Source: Callorhinchus milii
Lineage: Eukaryota
Length of the DNA stretch: 64,000 nt
Assembly (NCBI RefSeq): GCF_018977255.1
Contig: NW_024704744.1
Coordinates: 50,406,001-50,470,000 of the forward strand
Reading direction: 5' to 3'
The notes beneath the pieces were generated by a model. The model did no database searches and was not told where the DNA came from. It was given only the letters and a program-made list of their open reading frames with translations. Positions 37,061-49,008 of the stretch are shown piece after piece. The stretch's first letter is position 1. Every line of letters begins with the position of its first letter. The position numbers were made by a program, and so were the translations under genes.

Positions 37061-38767
37061 CGGCACAGGAAAAGAACGCTGAGAACTGCAGCATATTTTA
37101 GGTTCAAACCACCCATATTGTGTTTTCTAGTGGTATTCTATGGTTCACTTGAAGCACCATAGTAGCTATTATATCCCGTTATAGAAATGATTGCAATTTT
37201 TTTTGTTTACTAGCAAATGTTTCAACTTGGCAAACAGGAAGGCATTGCATAGTAAAAAAGAATAAATTGGCAAGTTGATGCAGTTTTTTCAATCTGCTAT
37301 ATTATGGAGTGGTAGGACATGACCCATGCATATTTTTTCCAACTGTGGAACGGAGACCATGGATGCTATTGAGTTATGCATTTTCTCACTGACATAAAGG
37401 GAAAAATAATATGGGGCTTCAATTGTAGACGCGCCCTCCCCCTCCGTGGCTGGATGTAGATTGACAATGGTAAAAATCTGAATAGTCACCAGCCAGCGAA
37501 GGTGGCCAGCGAAGGTGCTTACATGGGGAGATTCCAGGGGAGAACAACATTTAACAAATTGATTGTAAAATATTTCTGGAATTATTTGTGGTTTTGGCAG
37601 TTGTGAAATCTGCAGCCTGTTATGGTGGTTTATTTCTTTAGTCCATGATTGCATTATTAGCTATACAGGTCTGAGACAAATACTTTGTATCATTTTTACT
37701 TAAATACAGTCTTAATTGTTTTATATAGAGTATTGATAAGTGGAAGATAGGTGAATAATAGTATTTCTTGCATTTGATATTTTCAATTTGTACTGATTGA
37801 AGGATTTACTTTGTTGTATCTCATAAAATAATGATTCTGAATTCAGCCACCTCACCATTATAAAATTCCTATTACACCAATGCCACATCTGCTGCTGCTC
37901 AGTATTTCAACAAAGCGCACAGCAAGTCACAATCTGTGCCTGTGCTTATGGATCAGGTTTAAACATCGGTCGGTGCACAGTGACCACAAACTGTTCAGTT
38001 ACAACTGTGGTTGACCGAAGCTGCAGTGTTGAGCAAAGCATTTTACTTTGCACATTAGGAAAGCTAATTTTTTTAAAAAGTGTACTAAATCCACAGAATA
38101 GTGAACGTAAAATCTGGTTCTATACATGTTTTGAACTCTCCACATACCAGCAGAGTGATAGGTCACGGGTTTTCTTCCCCCTCCCTGTGCCACAATTTCC
38201 CACATGGTGATTTCCTGATCTTAGCCAGGCCACCTACTCCAAGTGCCAAATCGAGGTGAGTCACGTCCCCCGAGGGCAGGAAAGTCAGAGCCTGAGTTGG
38301 GCCGCAGCGGTAATTTCTTTGTCGTTGTTGGGAATGTTGTAAAAAGCCATAGAAAATAATACAGAAAAATAGAATGAGAGAAAATCGAACTGATGCCTGT
38401 TACAGGGGTGGTGAGGTTTTAAGAAAAGGAGACACAACTCGCATTTTATAGCGGCAAAGCAGCTGAAAAGATTTGGTTGTAATTATTGACAAGTTGAGTG
38501 ACATTTTTGTGGAGCAAATGTGTTAGCCACTTACCCACAGCAAGATCTCACAAAGAACCATGTGGTGACAGGAGGATTGTTGGCCATGCGCTTTAACCAG
38601 GGATCTATGACCATTCTCATGGCTGCTGAAGTTATTTTGAACATGCAGCTAAATCAATCATTGATAACTGTGTTTCAGAGCCCTGAAACATGATTTGTAA
38701 AACACAATAGTTCAATAAAGTATGGGTCATCCTTCAGGTCTCCACGAGCATGATCACCAATAAGGAG

Positions 38768-39560
38768 AACAACAACTTGTATTTATATAGCTTCCATCAC
38801 GTAGATTAATGTCTTGGAGTGTTTTGCGATCGCAGGTTGGATGCCAATGAGGTGGAGGAAGGGGAGAAGGAAATGACTATAGATATGGTTGAAGAGGTAC
38901 GTTTTGAGGCAGGACTTGAACACATATAGAGAGGGGGTGAGACTGAAGGCTTGAAGGAAGGAGTTTGAGGGTAGGGGCGTAGAATTGGAAAGCTTGGCCA
39001 CCACCACCAACAACTTGCATTTATATAGCACCCCTCACGCAGGGTAGCTCTCAGGGTGCTGGTCAGTGGCAGACCATGACACCGAACCGGGGGAGGAGAC
39101 CGTAGGCATGGTCGAAGAGGAAGCAAGGCGGAAGGATTGAGGGAGAGTATTTCAGAGTTTCGGGGCTTATTTGTTGAAAGCTTGGCCACCAATGGTGGAA
39201 CAGAGGGCATGAGCAATAAGCAAGCGGTTGGCCCTCATGGGACAATGGTGGTATGGATAGGGTAGGGGACATGCAGCAAGCCTGAGGTAACTGATTGGAG
39301 GGTTAAGCAGAGGAATGGGGTAGGAGTTGATAAGAGAAATAGGGAGGTCCTGCAAAATGAAGGCATTTGTAGGTGAGGGTAAGGACCTTGAGATTGGTTT
39401 GTTGAGGGACAGGGAGCCTGGCGTGGACTGGTGTGATGGAGAACATATGAAGTTTGATGTGCATGAGGATGTGGGTTGGAGTTTTGGATAAGTTGAAGTT
39501 GATGGACGGTGGAGCCAGGGAGGTCTAGCAAGTTGCTAAGAAACTGCTCATGGAGACCTG
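38768..39560 (-). mobile_element. L2 3' fragment with a nested second L2 3' fragment (39004-39175)
   Basis: LPGSTVHQLQLIQNS and STIGGQAF relics; two tails; 16-bp direct repeat gaaagcttggccacca at 38988-39003 and 39176-39191. Confidence 0.85.
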
Positions 39561-39914
39561 AAGTCTAGAAAACGTGATGGTTGATGTTAATTTTGAAGTT
39601 ATGGACTCACACAAATGTTCTGCAACAAAAGGGGCTTGTAAGAGAGTAATTTCTTTCTATCCTATTTTTACTCAATTTGCTTTGGCTGTGGAGCCTGAAA
39701 TGGATGTGAGAGTGCATGGTATGCTCCCAGGCGTCTATACCCCATGTTGTCAGCTCTGAATGATGCTGGAGACCACCCAAAGGATGATTCCGTACAACAG
39801 CAATGACAATTTACATTAATATAGCACCTTTCGTATCAGGAGGACATTTCAAAGTGCTTCACACAAATGACTGGGATCTCGAGTTGGCCGGGGGAGGTTT
39901 AGTGGGGGAGATAT

Positions 39915-40052
39915 CTGCAGCAGCAGGAGCTGGCGGTTGGTAAGGACTCAGTGGATAAGGAGACCCTCAGCTTGGGAGTGATTTCCTGACAGCCTCAGAC
40001 TAGCATTATTTAATTCCCCTCCTGTGTCTTCCCAACCGCCAGCTCCTACAAT
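39915..40052. mobile_element. Candidate MITE (~138 bp) with sub-terminal inverted repeats
   Basis: aggagctggcggttgg 39925-39940 and ccaaccgccagctcct 40032-40047 (16-bp perfect IR); gagatat direct repeat at 39908-39914 and 40053-40059. Confidence 0.55.
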
Positions 40053-40513
40053 GAGATATTAGGATGGTTTGCCGGGGAGGGAGGGAGCGGGTGGCCCAAA
40101 GTTGTAAATGGTCTCAGGTCATCTGCCGGGATGCCGATTGGATCACCTTAACTTTGGCAAATATGTGATTTATAGCAAGATGATTTATGAACGTTTACCT
40201 GTTGAGGTTGAAAAAGAGAGGACTTGAGGATAGAGCCCTGAGGACCACATCATACTGCTCAGGTAGATAACTGAGCCGAGTGAGGCCTACACACGTGCTC
40301 TGTGATTACCTTGAATTTTATATGTCTTCTCTGTCACCAATTGAACCTAGAACACTTGTTGGATGTTTGAAATTGTGGTTTGACTATGGTATAGTGAAGA
40401 GCTGGTTTGTTACTCAAGGAATGTATTATGTCGCTGCAGGGAATTGGATGACACAGTTGATCTGAATGCTGCTCATTAATGAAGAAGTGTAAATTTTAAT
40501 CCAATACAGACAG

Positions 40514-40626
40514 ATAATAATAATTCTTGCATTTGATATAGCACCTTGTCACATCTTCGAGACATCTCAAAGCACTTCACAGAATATACTGTAAAGTGAA
40601 TTGACTATATTTTGTGGATGAAACGC
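40514..40626 (-). mobile_element. SINE 3' tail
   Basis: taataataattcttgcatttgatatagcacc..ctgtaaagtgaattgact. Confidence 0.85.
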
Positions 40627-41239
40627 AATACAGACAGATGGGTGGAAAATGTGAGGCTTAAGTGACATGAGCATTGGGAGTCTAAATCCAGTTACCACTG
40701 GATACACGTTCACAGCACATAATTGCCCTTAATTTGTTACTTTTTGCAGTTCTATTTATTTCAGCCAAAAATGTGTGGCAAGTGGAAATGTCATGTCATA
40801 CTGGTTAAATAAGGGTTACCTTAAGCATGGCTTTAATGTGGTGATGGAATTCACAGCATCCCTCTTCTTTCCATTACATCTAAACTGTAAAATTAAACCC
40901 TAATACAACTCATGAGTCCATCATGCCATTAGTGGGTGTACAGTTAAATGAGAATTTTGTTTGCCCTCTCTTTGTAGTGCAGAAATTCATATTAAACTAC
41001 AAAAAATCTAATAATTGGCCAACATGTTGTACACTTTGTAGTACCTTTGAATGTTTTAACTCCACACATAATCCTGTATCCTTTACCACAAAGACAGTGC
41101 AAACCTGCCAGAAATCTACACATTCATAAAATCTAATGCAAGACGTCATTTTGTTCCTCCAAATTTTTTTCAATATAAAAAATCTGCGACTGAAGGTGAA
41201 CTCTGGTTGTCTAAACTCGAATCTTACTTCCTTGCTGAG

Positions 41240-41420
41240 CAGAGAGGGTGAGTGTAGGAGTAGAGTAGAAGGAGGAGAGATGAGTGTGAGGGAGTAGATG
41301 GATTTGTAGGTGAAGGTGAGGACCTTGAAATGGATCCGCTGGGAACCAGTGAATCAGTGGAGACTGGCAAAGACTGGGATGATAGATGTGCAGAGGTTGG
41401 TGTGGATGAGAATGCCGCTG
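41240..41420 (-). mobile_element. L2 C-terminal fragment
   Basis: Minus strand ctccactgattc..ttcaaggtcctcaccttcacctacaaatccat (LHWLP..FKVLTFTYKS relic). Confidence 0.65.
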
Positions 41421-43134
41421 GGGGAATTTTGATGAAGACATTAACGTGAAATTTAACCTTGTGAAGAATCTCATGAGACAAATGCATTATTAGAATTCAT
41501 CAAAAATGCAACTTAATGGTAAATGTGATGTGATCGTCAGTCAGATATTCTTGGGAGTGATTTGAGCCTGATTTTCCCTGAGTCTGCATACATTCCAGCA
41601 AGGCTGGTACATGACCCCCTTTTCTGCCATTTCACGATGGATTTTCCTGTTTAAACAAAGTTTTCGGTCTGTTGGTATGGTTACAGGTAGAGATTCACAG
41701 TGGTGAAAGAATAATAAAAGATTGGACAACTCCAACATTTCATTATTAATAATATTCTATAGAAACAAATTGAACATTTTTCATTTTGCCTCTTTATTTT
41801 TAATTCCCCTTAAAATACATGTAATACATGAATACTACTACAGACCTCAAATGCATCAACACCTTGCATGTTGAACACGATTTAAAAGTTGGTTTAATTT
41901 TCTGCATTTCACTTCTGAAAACAAATTTGTTTTCCTGATTGTCTGTCATTTCTGAAACTGTAGTCCAACAGCAGTATCTCTTGATTGTCCATCTGTGATA
42001 AGAGGTTCCCGTTTCAATATTGTTTTAATCCTAGGTTCTTCATTTTCTTCATTTTAACCATCCAAATTATATATAAATAGAAGTTATCTTATTTTTTTCT
42101 GTACACCACTTGTATTATTTGATGGCTTTCTTAGCATTAGATACATAGTGGGCCAAAGGCCGAGGTGCCTTATGAGAATGGTTTGAAATTGGTTTATTAA
42201 GTACCGTATCACCTTTTCAAAATTGGGTTGTATCCTTGTACCTACTATCCTTTTTGTCCTTCATCTGCCAGTCCCTGTTTCTCTCAAACAAGCACACACC
42301 TGCAGTGATGCAATGTCACAGAACACAGAAACAGCTGAGTTGCAATGTGCTACACATGTGTAGTATGTTAAATACGCACAGTATTAATTTGATATCAGGC
42401 TCAGAGTAAGTGAAGCAGCAAAGTGGTGTCCTCCATGAGATGTGTGCCTTGAGGGTGGTTTTGCATTGTGTTGCCCGCACACTGTGCTCGCGTATCTGCA
42501 ACATCTGTTTGCTTGAAACTGGTTATGGCAATTTAGAAAAATTCCTAATTAGAGCTAATGAACTGCCGCTGCTAATCCGTTCTCACCTGTGTATCAGTGC
42601 TACCAGTTAAGTCAAAAACATTTATTTTGAGCCCTGCGTTATTTTTGGTTACAGTATTGCAGCTTTTCCAGCGGTCAGCAGAAAATATGGGGCTGGAGTG
42701 CTCGACTGCCTATGCTGCATTGCCAAGCTGTAAATCTGATTTACACTCTTCTATAGCAAGTGGGGGTTCGGAAGAGACCAACTACAGCAATAATTGATAA
42801 CTTGCACTTATGTGGCTCTTTTCGAGTAGTTAAATGTCTCAAAAAGTGCTTTAAAGAGATTGAACAGGAGCCCACAAAGAGTGGATGTCGGAGAGAATGT
42901 GTTTCTGTCAGCTATTTCCACATGCACATAGTGGGGTTTGTTGGCACTTGAACTTGTGGTGGTATTTAGAATACACGTGTTGATAGAATTCTCCACTCGG
43001 ATGTGGTGGGCAAGTGACCTCCTCCTGTACCACCCATCAGCTCTGTGCTCTCCTCTCCATATACACAAACGACTTATGACCTTTTAGCCCCAAAGTAATT
43101 AGGTTATTATTTATTGTTAATTTGGAAAGCTGTT

Positions 43135-43370
43135 TTAAGTTCCGTGGATACATGAGGGAGAAGGGAATCGAGGGTTGGAGGCTCATGTGGAGTATGAAAA
43201 ACGGAGTGGACTAATTGGGCTGAATGGCCTCTTTCTGTGCTGTAATACTTTATGTTCTATTAAATATAAATGTTTAGATTTGAGGGTTTGAGGTGGAGGG
43301 ATTTAGAACCATATAAATTAATGGCAAAGAAAAAGGCCATTTGGCCCATCGTGTCTGTGTTGGCTCTTTT
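43135..43370. mobile_element. Two CR1-type 3' tails in convergent orientation
   Basis: + ttgggctgaatggcctctttctgtgctgtaat..tatgttctat; - ggccatttggcccatcgtgtctgtgttggctct. Confidence 0.7.
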
Positions 43371-45590
43371 GAGAGCAACCCTTTCAATCACATAGGGAGA
43401 GAGTTCAGGAGAACAGGGGCAAGATCGTTGAATGTTTATCCACCAAGTGTGAGACACAGGGGCAGAGACAAGAAGCAAGCTAAAGTTGGGTCAGTGGACG
43501 GAGGGAATGGGTGGAGTAGGACTACAGAAAATCACAGAGGTAGGTTGGAACAAAAGTACGGAGGCATTTGAAATTTAAGTTGAGAATCTAAAAGTCACTT
43601 TGCTGGCGATAATGGAATTGGGAGCCAATGGACCCTGGGAGTTGGGTGTGTGATGAACTCACAAAGCCTGATAGGGGAAAGAAATATGGGCAGGTTTCTC
43701 TGTAACTAGCCTTGAGCATAAACTGGATTGGAGCCTTAACAATAACAACAAACTTGAATTTATGTAGCATCCTTCGCAAGGGAAAACATCTCGAGGAGCT
43801 TGACAGCGGTGTGGTTTGACGTCAAGTTGGAAAGGGAGGGTAGATGATGAAGACACAGCGAAGACAAAAGTCTTCAGGTGTGGTTTAAGTTTTAGTTCTG
43901 AAGCTCTGGTTTAGGTTCTAAAGTTGAAACAATCACTCAGGTGAGTATTCATTGATTTTTTTAAAGTCTGGGCAAGGCTGTATGTTATTCATATGCAAAT
44001 ACCTTGAAATATATCTTGAAATATCACCTGCAGTGAAAGGCTGGTGAGAAGAGTCCAGATTTCTGTGATGAATGTGTATAAAAGAACAGCCTTTTTTCCA
44101 GGTCAACAAGATATGTGTGTGGATTGTCCAAGAACATACACTGTATTCCTCCTGCTTGACCCTGCCATTTCTTGTGCGGTATAACCGGGGCATTAATGAT
44201 ACTTTAACACTGGGGTCTCATATGAGGTAATTTGTAATAGGAGTCCCTAACAGTGACTCTTGTCAATAACTGCTATGTGTCACGTCAACCCACAAGAACT
44301 CTGGCAACTGGATATTGAACACATGAGAGAGGGGTGCCTTCAGGTTGGCCAGACACACAAATGGTTATTGACAGGTGTCACTATTTGCTGCTTCTGTGAT
44401 GATTCATTGTTTATTAATCTTGCAGTGAAGATTGAAAGCATAACTTAGAAGAGTAAGCTATCACATACCTGAAGACCTTCAATATTAAATAAAGCCTCCC
44501 ATACTCTGAAAAATGTTATCATGCACAACTTTTGCTTTTTTTACCATACATGAAATAACCCCCAAAACACTTCATTGCTGATTGCTCCACAATCTCGAAG
44601 ATGTGATAAGGTACTATGTCAAATGCAAGATTATTATTAGTAGTAGTAGTAATTAGCCTATTTTGTGAGTTTAACGGTATTTGTAACTTGTGTCAAGTCT
44701 TTGCACGTGAACAAAATGAGGCATTCCCCTTTTTAGGGCATAGGTGACTAATCGCTTGCAAACAAATATTTTGAGATTGTGTGTGATTGCACATATGCAC
44801 ATACATCTATTCTGTACTCATTCACATGCTCTGTGACTCATATGTTATACATCAAAATAGAACATGTGTAAACAAACACACACAGATGTATTGTATTTGC
44901 CCATACTTCGGCGCAAGTTATGTACATAGATATATATGTGTTGTACTGACGCATATATTCTGTGGCTGATATATTTCAGCTGGAAAGTGTGTGGGGAGTG
45001 TACTTCCTGTGAGACTTATACAGGTGGTCGGGGGAGGGACAGTGAAAGGGCGTCGCACCCACTTCCTTTGTCGTACACAGTGATATACTGTAACCCACTG
45101 GCCAAGGCAGATCCTTCAGAAAGTTTCGTTTGTGGTAGCTTTTCACTGCTACTGATTTGTAGGTATGTGACTAAACCTGTGGTTAAAGTTGCCCTTTTTG
45201 GTTTGAAGTTCTGAAGCCTCTTTGTGTATTGGATTGTTCTTTCTGCTGTGCCATCGTCCTTAGCCTTCACAAACTTTCCATGCCTTCCACACCTAAAGGA
45301 GATAATGTAAAACTGAGAAAAAATAATCCTGTGAGAACTGCATGGCTGCAGCTGTCCCCTCCAGTGGAATAGAAACACTGAGAAAACATGACAAGATACC
45401 ATACAGAAAAAGTACTTGACCAAAGATCCAATTGCAGGAGGTGCATTAGGCATCTTTATCCTCATTAAGATTACAGTTTGTTAAGTTCGAAATGTTCATC
45501 CCATTCACCTTGGTGTCGGAGATGAAATCTGCTGTTTCATATTGCATTTGACGCATAGAGGTATGCGTTTCATATCAAATTTGACACATG

Positions 45591-45885
45591 TGGTGTCCTG
45601 AAGCTCAGTGTTTAGAGCACTCGTCTTGCAAGCGAAAGACCTGGGTTCGATTCCTGGCAGAGCGAAATCTTGGGCAAGTTTCCTTACTCCACATGCAATA
45701 GTCCTTCAAGAAAAAAAATTATAATAATAATTTGGTCACTCTATCCACAACTGTGCATAATTGGCATTTACACTTCGCCCACAAATATACAGTCAATTCA
45801 CTTTACAGTATATTCTGTGAAGTATTTTGAGACGTCCAGAAGACGTGAAAACGTTATTTCAAATGCAAGGATTATTATTATTATA
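45591..45885 (+). mobile_element. Full-length tRNA(Ala)-derived SINE, short variant
   Basis: gctcagtgtttagagcactcgtcttgcaagcgaaagacctgggttcgattcc (intact B-box), ttgggcaagtttccttactccac, tail. Confidence 0.9.
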
Positions 45886-47639
45886 GAATGCTTTACAAAA
45901 CAACAAAACACTGAATTTCACCCTATACCATGCAAGGATTATTATTATTATACTTCTTACGGAGGCTTGTAGCACAGAAAACAAAACTATACATGCCATT
46001 TCTAAGTTACCCAACCCTTTTTATTTACTTTTAAATTGAACGTCAGGAGCCTGACGTTTGTTAGGATCTTAGGCTTCAGGGAATTCTGCAGTCTCAGAAA
46101 ACAGTTTTAAAATATCTTGATTTAGAAACCAATTTTCCATAGTGCCCAAAGAACTGGAAAATTGGCTTGCAAATTAAGACTGAATTTAAGTCTGTTTTCC
46201 AAAATAGTGCATTATCTTCAAGCTCAAAACTATTGTCTTAAGTCTAATAACATGAGAAATTTCAGGCCCCAGAAGCAAGAAGCTTTGAAATGTGTATTAA
46301 AGCTGAATAGTAGCATATTTCATGCTTTACAGACCTTGTTGGGTTTACTTGTCAACATCAGTCAAAAAGAAAGGAAATTATCAGAATAGAAATACTATTA
46401 AAGTAACCAATAACAGAGCTAAGAGGCCCATTTCCTAGAGTCAATTTTGAATGAATAATGTGTTACCATGGCTGTGATCGGCAACTTAATATAGAAAATT
46501 ATACTTGAAGATACTGAAAAAGGAGAAAAGCATGTCATTACAAACATTTAACAAAACCGTAGGAGTCTTCTTCCCAATTTGGAAAAATTCCAGGAGTTGA
46601 TGAGTGACATAAAGACTTGGTAAAATGGATTGCAAAACAACAGGTTTTGTTATAAAGCTTAATATTTATCAATGTCTGACTTTAATATGGATCTCTCTTC
46701 AACAACATAGGAACAATGTCCGTCCATTGAGTCAATTCCACCGATTTATGAAATTATGGCAGATCTTTTAATCCCATTTCCTCGCCTTTTATTCCCATCT
46801 CTTCATACTGTTATCCAAGGATAAGGGGATCCTTGTCCCCTGCGATTTAAGCATCCCACTACAGTGTATCTGTCTGTATGACCCTGTCTCTCTCTGTCTT
46901 TTAAATGTGCATTAGATCTTTTTGTTATCTTTTTGTTTGACTCCCACTGAACTTTTTTTTTCTAACGGAGTTCCCATTAAACTCTTTTTCTGACTGGATG
47001 TTTTTTGTTTGCAGTTTTAAAGTTAATAGTTAAACATGATTTTTGCTTTTTTAAAAAAAATTGAGCATTGATGCATTTTACAAACTTAAGTCTGATCGCT
47101 ATGGTCTGTTTTAACGTCACTGTGGTTTCCTTCCTCTGATGCTTTGCCCTCTGTTTGACAGTCACTGACGGAGGCAGGAATGTATACTTACACAGCTGAC
47201 ATCAACATGTTTGGCTGACTTACAAAAGAATTAACCTAGCCAAATCTGTTTTTGGAAAATTGTACTTTCTGGTTATGAATTGTTGATGGAGAACCTTACT
47301 GCAAGAGAATCATTGTCAGAAAAAGGACTCTTTCTCTCAGCTCTTTTTCCTACGTTGGGGAGTGGGGGATATCTGAATAGGACATAACTGTTTTTAATCT
47401 CCACAATTCATGGTCCCACCCCATAAAAACAATTTATTTTGTGTTCCCACATATGGTTAGGGGGCTGCTCTATTTACACTAACGTATAGGACTATAAGCA
47501 TTTGGCTCCATTGGAAATACTGCAGATCTGCATGCTGCCTGCTTCAGAATGGGAGGCATCCGAGTGAGATAAATCTTTTCCTGAGCCAGCATCGTTGTGT
47601 GCCAATCCAGTACTCAACCTTTTGTAGCTCCGATGCTTT

Positions 47640-49008
47640 CCAACTACATTGTAAGAGGTCAGGACTTCGAATCACATCGTCTAAGCTGATGCTCTAATGC
47701 TGTGCTGGAAGTGTGTTGTATTGTCGGAGGTGCCATCCCTCGGATAAGATATTAAACCCATAGGAACATAGCAACAGGAGTAGGCCTTTCAGCCTGTTCC
47801 ACCATTTAGTCAGATCATGGCTGATCTGTATCTCAGCTAATCCTTTCAATTCCAATGTCGTGCTTTCTCCCCATATCCCTTAATACTCTGACCTACCAAA
47901 AATCTATCAAGTTCACTCTTGAAGATGTGGAAGGATCCAGTATCCATGGCCTTTTGGGCGAGAGAACTCCAGATTTCTACTGCCCTTTGAGTGAAAAAAT
48001 ACTTCCTGATTTCACTCTTAAATGGCCTGGTTCTAATTTTAAGACTATGCTCCTTGTTTTGGATTCCCGCACCAGAGGAAATAGCTTCTCTGTATCTACT
48101 CTTATCAAATCCCTTTATCATCTTAAAGACCCCAATCAAATCACCCGTCAGCCTTCTAAACTCAAGGGAATACAATCCAAGTTTACTCAGCCTTTCCTTG
48201 TAACTTAATCCTTTTAGCCTGGTAACATTCTGGTGAACCTGCACTCCACCCCCTCCAGAGCCACTATATCTTTCCTTTGCTGTTCCTTAATTTTACCTGG
48301 AGTGTTTCCACTACCTGATCGCCCTTACTGAAATCTTTCCTTTCCACTGCTGTAATATCAATTATTGCTACTCCTCTTTTCTCAATGTCCCTGTCTTCTA
48401 AATATTTTATCGCCTGGAATATTTAGCTCCCAGTCCTGCCCAGCTTGTAACCAGGTTTCTGTAATGGCTACTACATCATACCCTTTAAGCTGAATTTGTG
48501 CTTCTAACTCACTTGTTTATTTCCTATACTATGTGCATTTGTATACACAACTCATATTTGGGTAACTGTCCCCAACATGCCTATATTCCCTATCAAAGTT
48601 CTTACCTTTTTCTTTCTTGTAGTATTTATGTTACCTTCTTTATCACTATTTGTATTCTGACCGTTGCTCTCAACCTCTCATTGCCTTATGTTTTGGTTAT
48701 TGTTTGTACCCAACCCTCTCCCCCCACCCCCTTTTAAAGCCATCGGCCTGTACATGTGAATGTTAAAGATCCCACGGCACTATTCGAAAACAGAAGGGGA
48801 TTTCCAATAATCTCCCAAATAGAATTGGTCATTCACTTCATGGCTGTTTGTGGGAAATTGTTGTGAGCAACTGGCTGCTGCTTTATGCCCACAAAATACA
48901 CAGTCAATCCACATTACACTAAGACTACTTACACTAAATCCTGTGAAGCACTTTGAGACATCTTAACGATGTGATAAAGCACTAAATCATATGCTAGGAT
49001 TATTATTA
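47640..49008 (+). mobile_element. Deu-domain SINE split by a CR1 insertion (SINE halves ~47640-47759 and ~48740-49008)
   Basis: Left half ends ggaggtgccatccctcggataagatattaaacc; right half resumes gcctgtacatgtgaatgttaaagatcccacggcactattcgaa. Confidence 0.85.
47760..48740 (-). mobile_element. Internally deleted CR1 (ORF1 end + APE N-terminus fused to ORF2 C-terminus and 3' tail)
   Basis: CVYTNAHSIGNK..YDVVAITETWL..VETLQVKLRNSKG joined to KDIVALEGVECRFTRMLP..LSYKERLSKLGLYSLE..YFFTQRAVEIWSSL; tail ggcctactcctgttgctatgttcctat. Confidence 0.9.

Noticed and set aside
44780-44960. Alternating purine-pyrimidine CA/TA-rich stretch
   Set aside because: Looks like a decayed microsatellite with no stable periodicity or hairpin.
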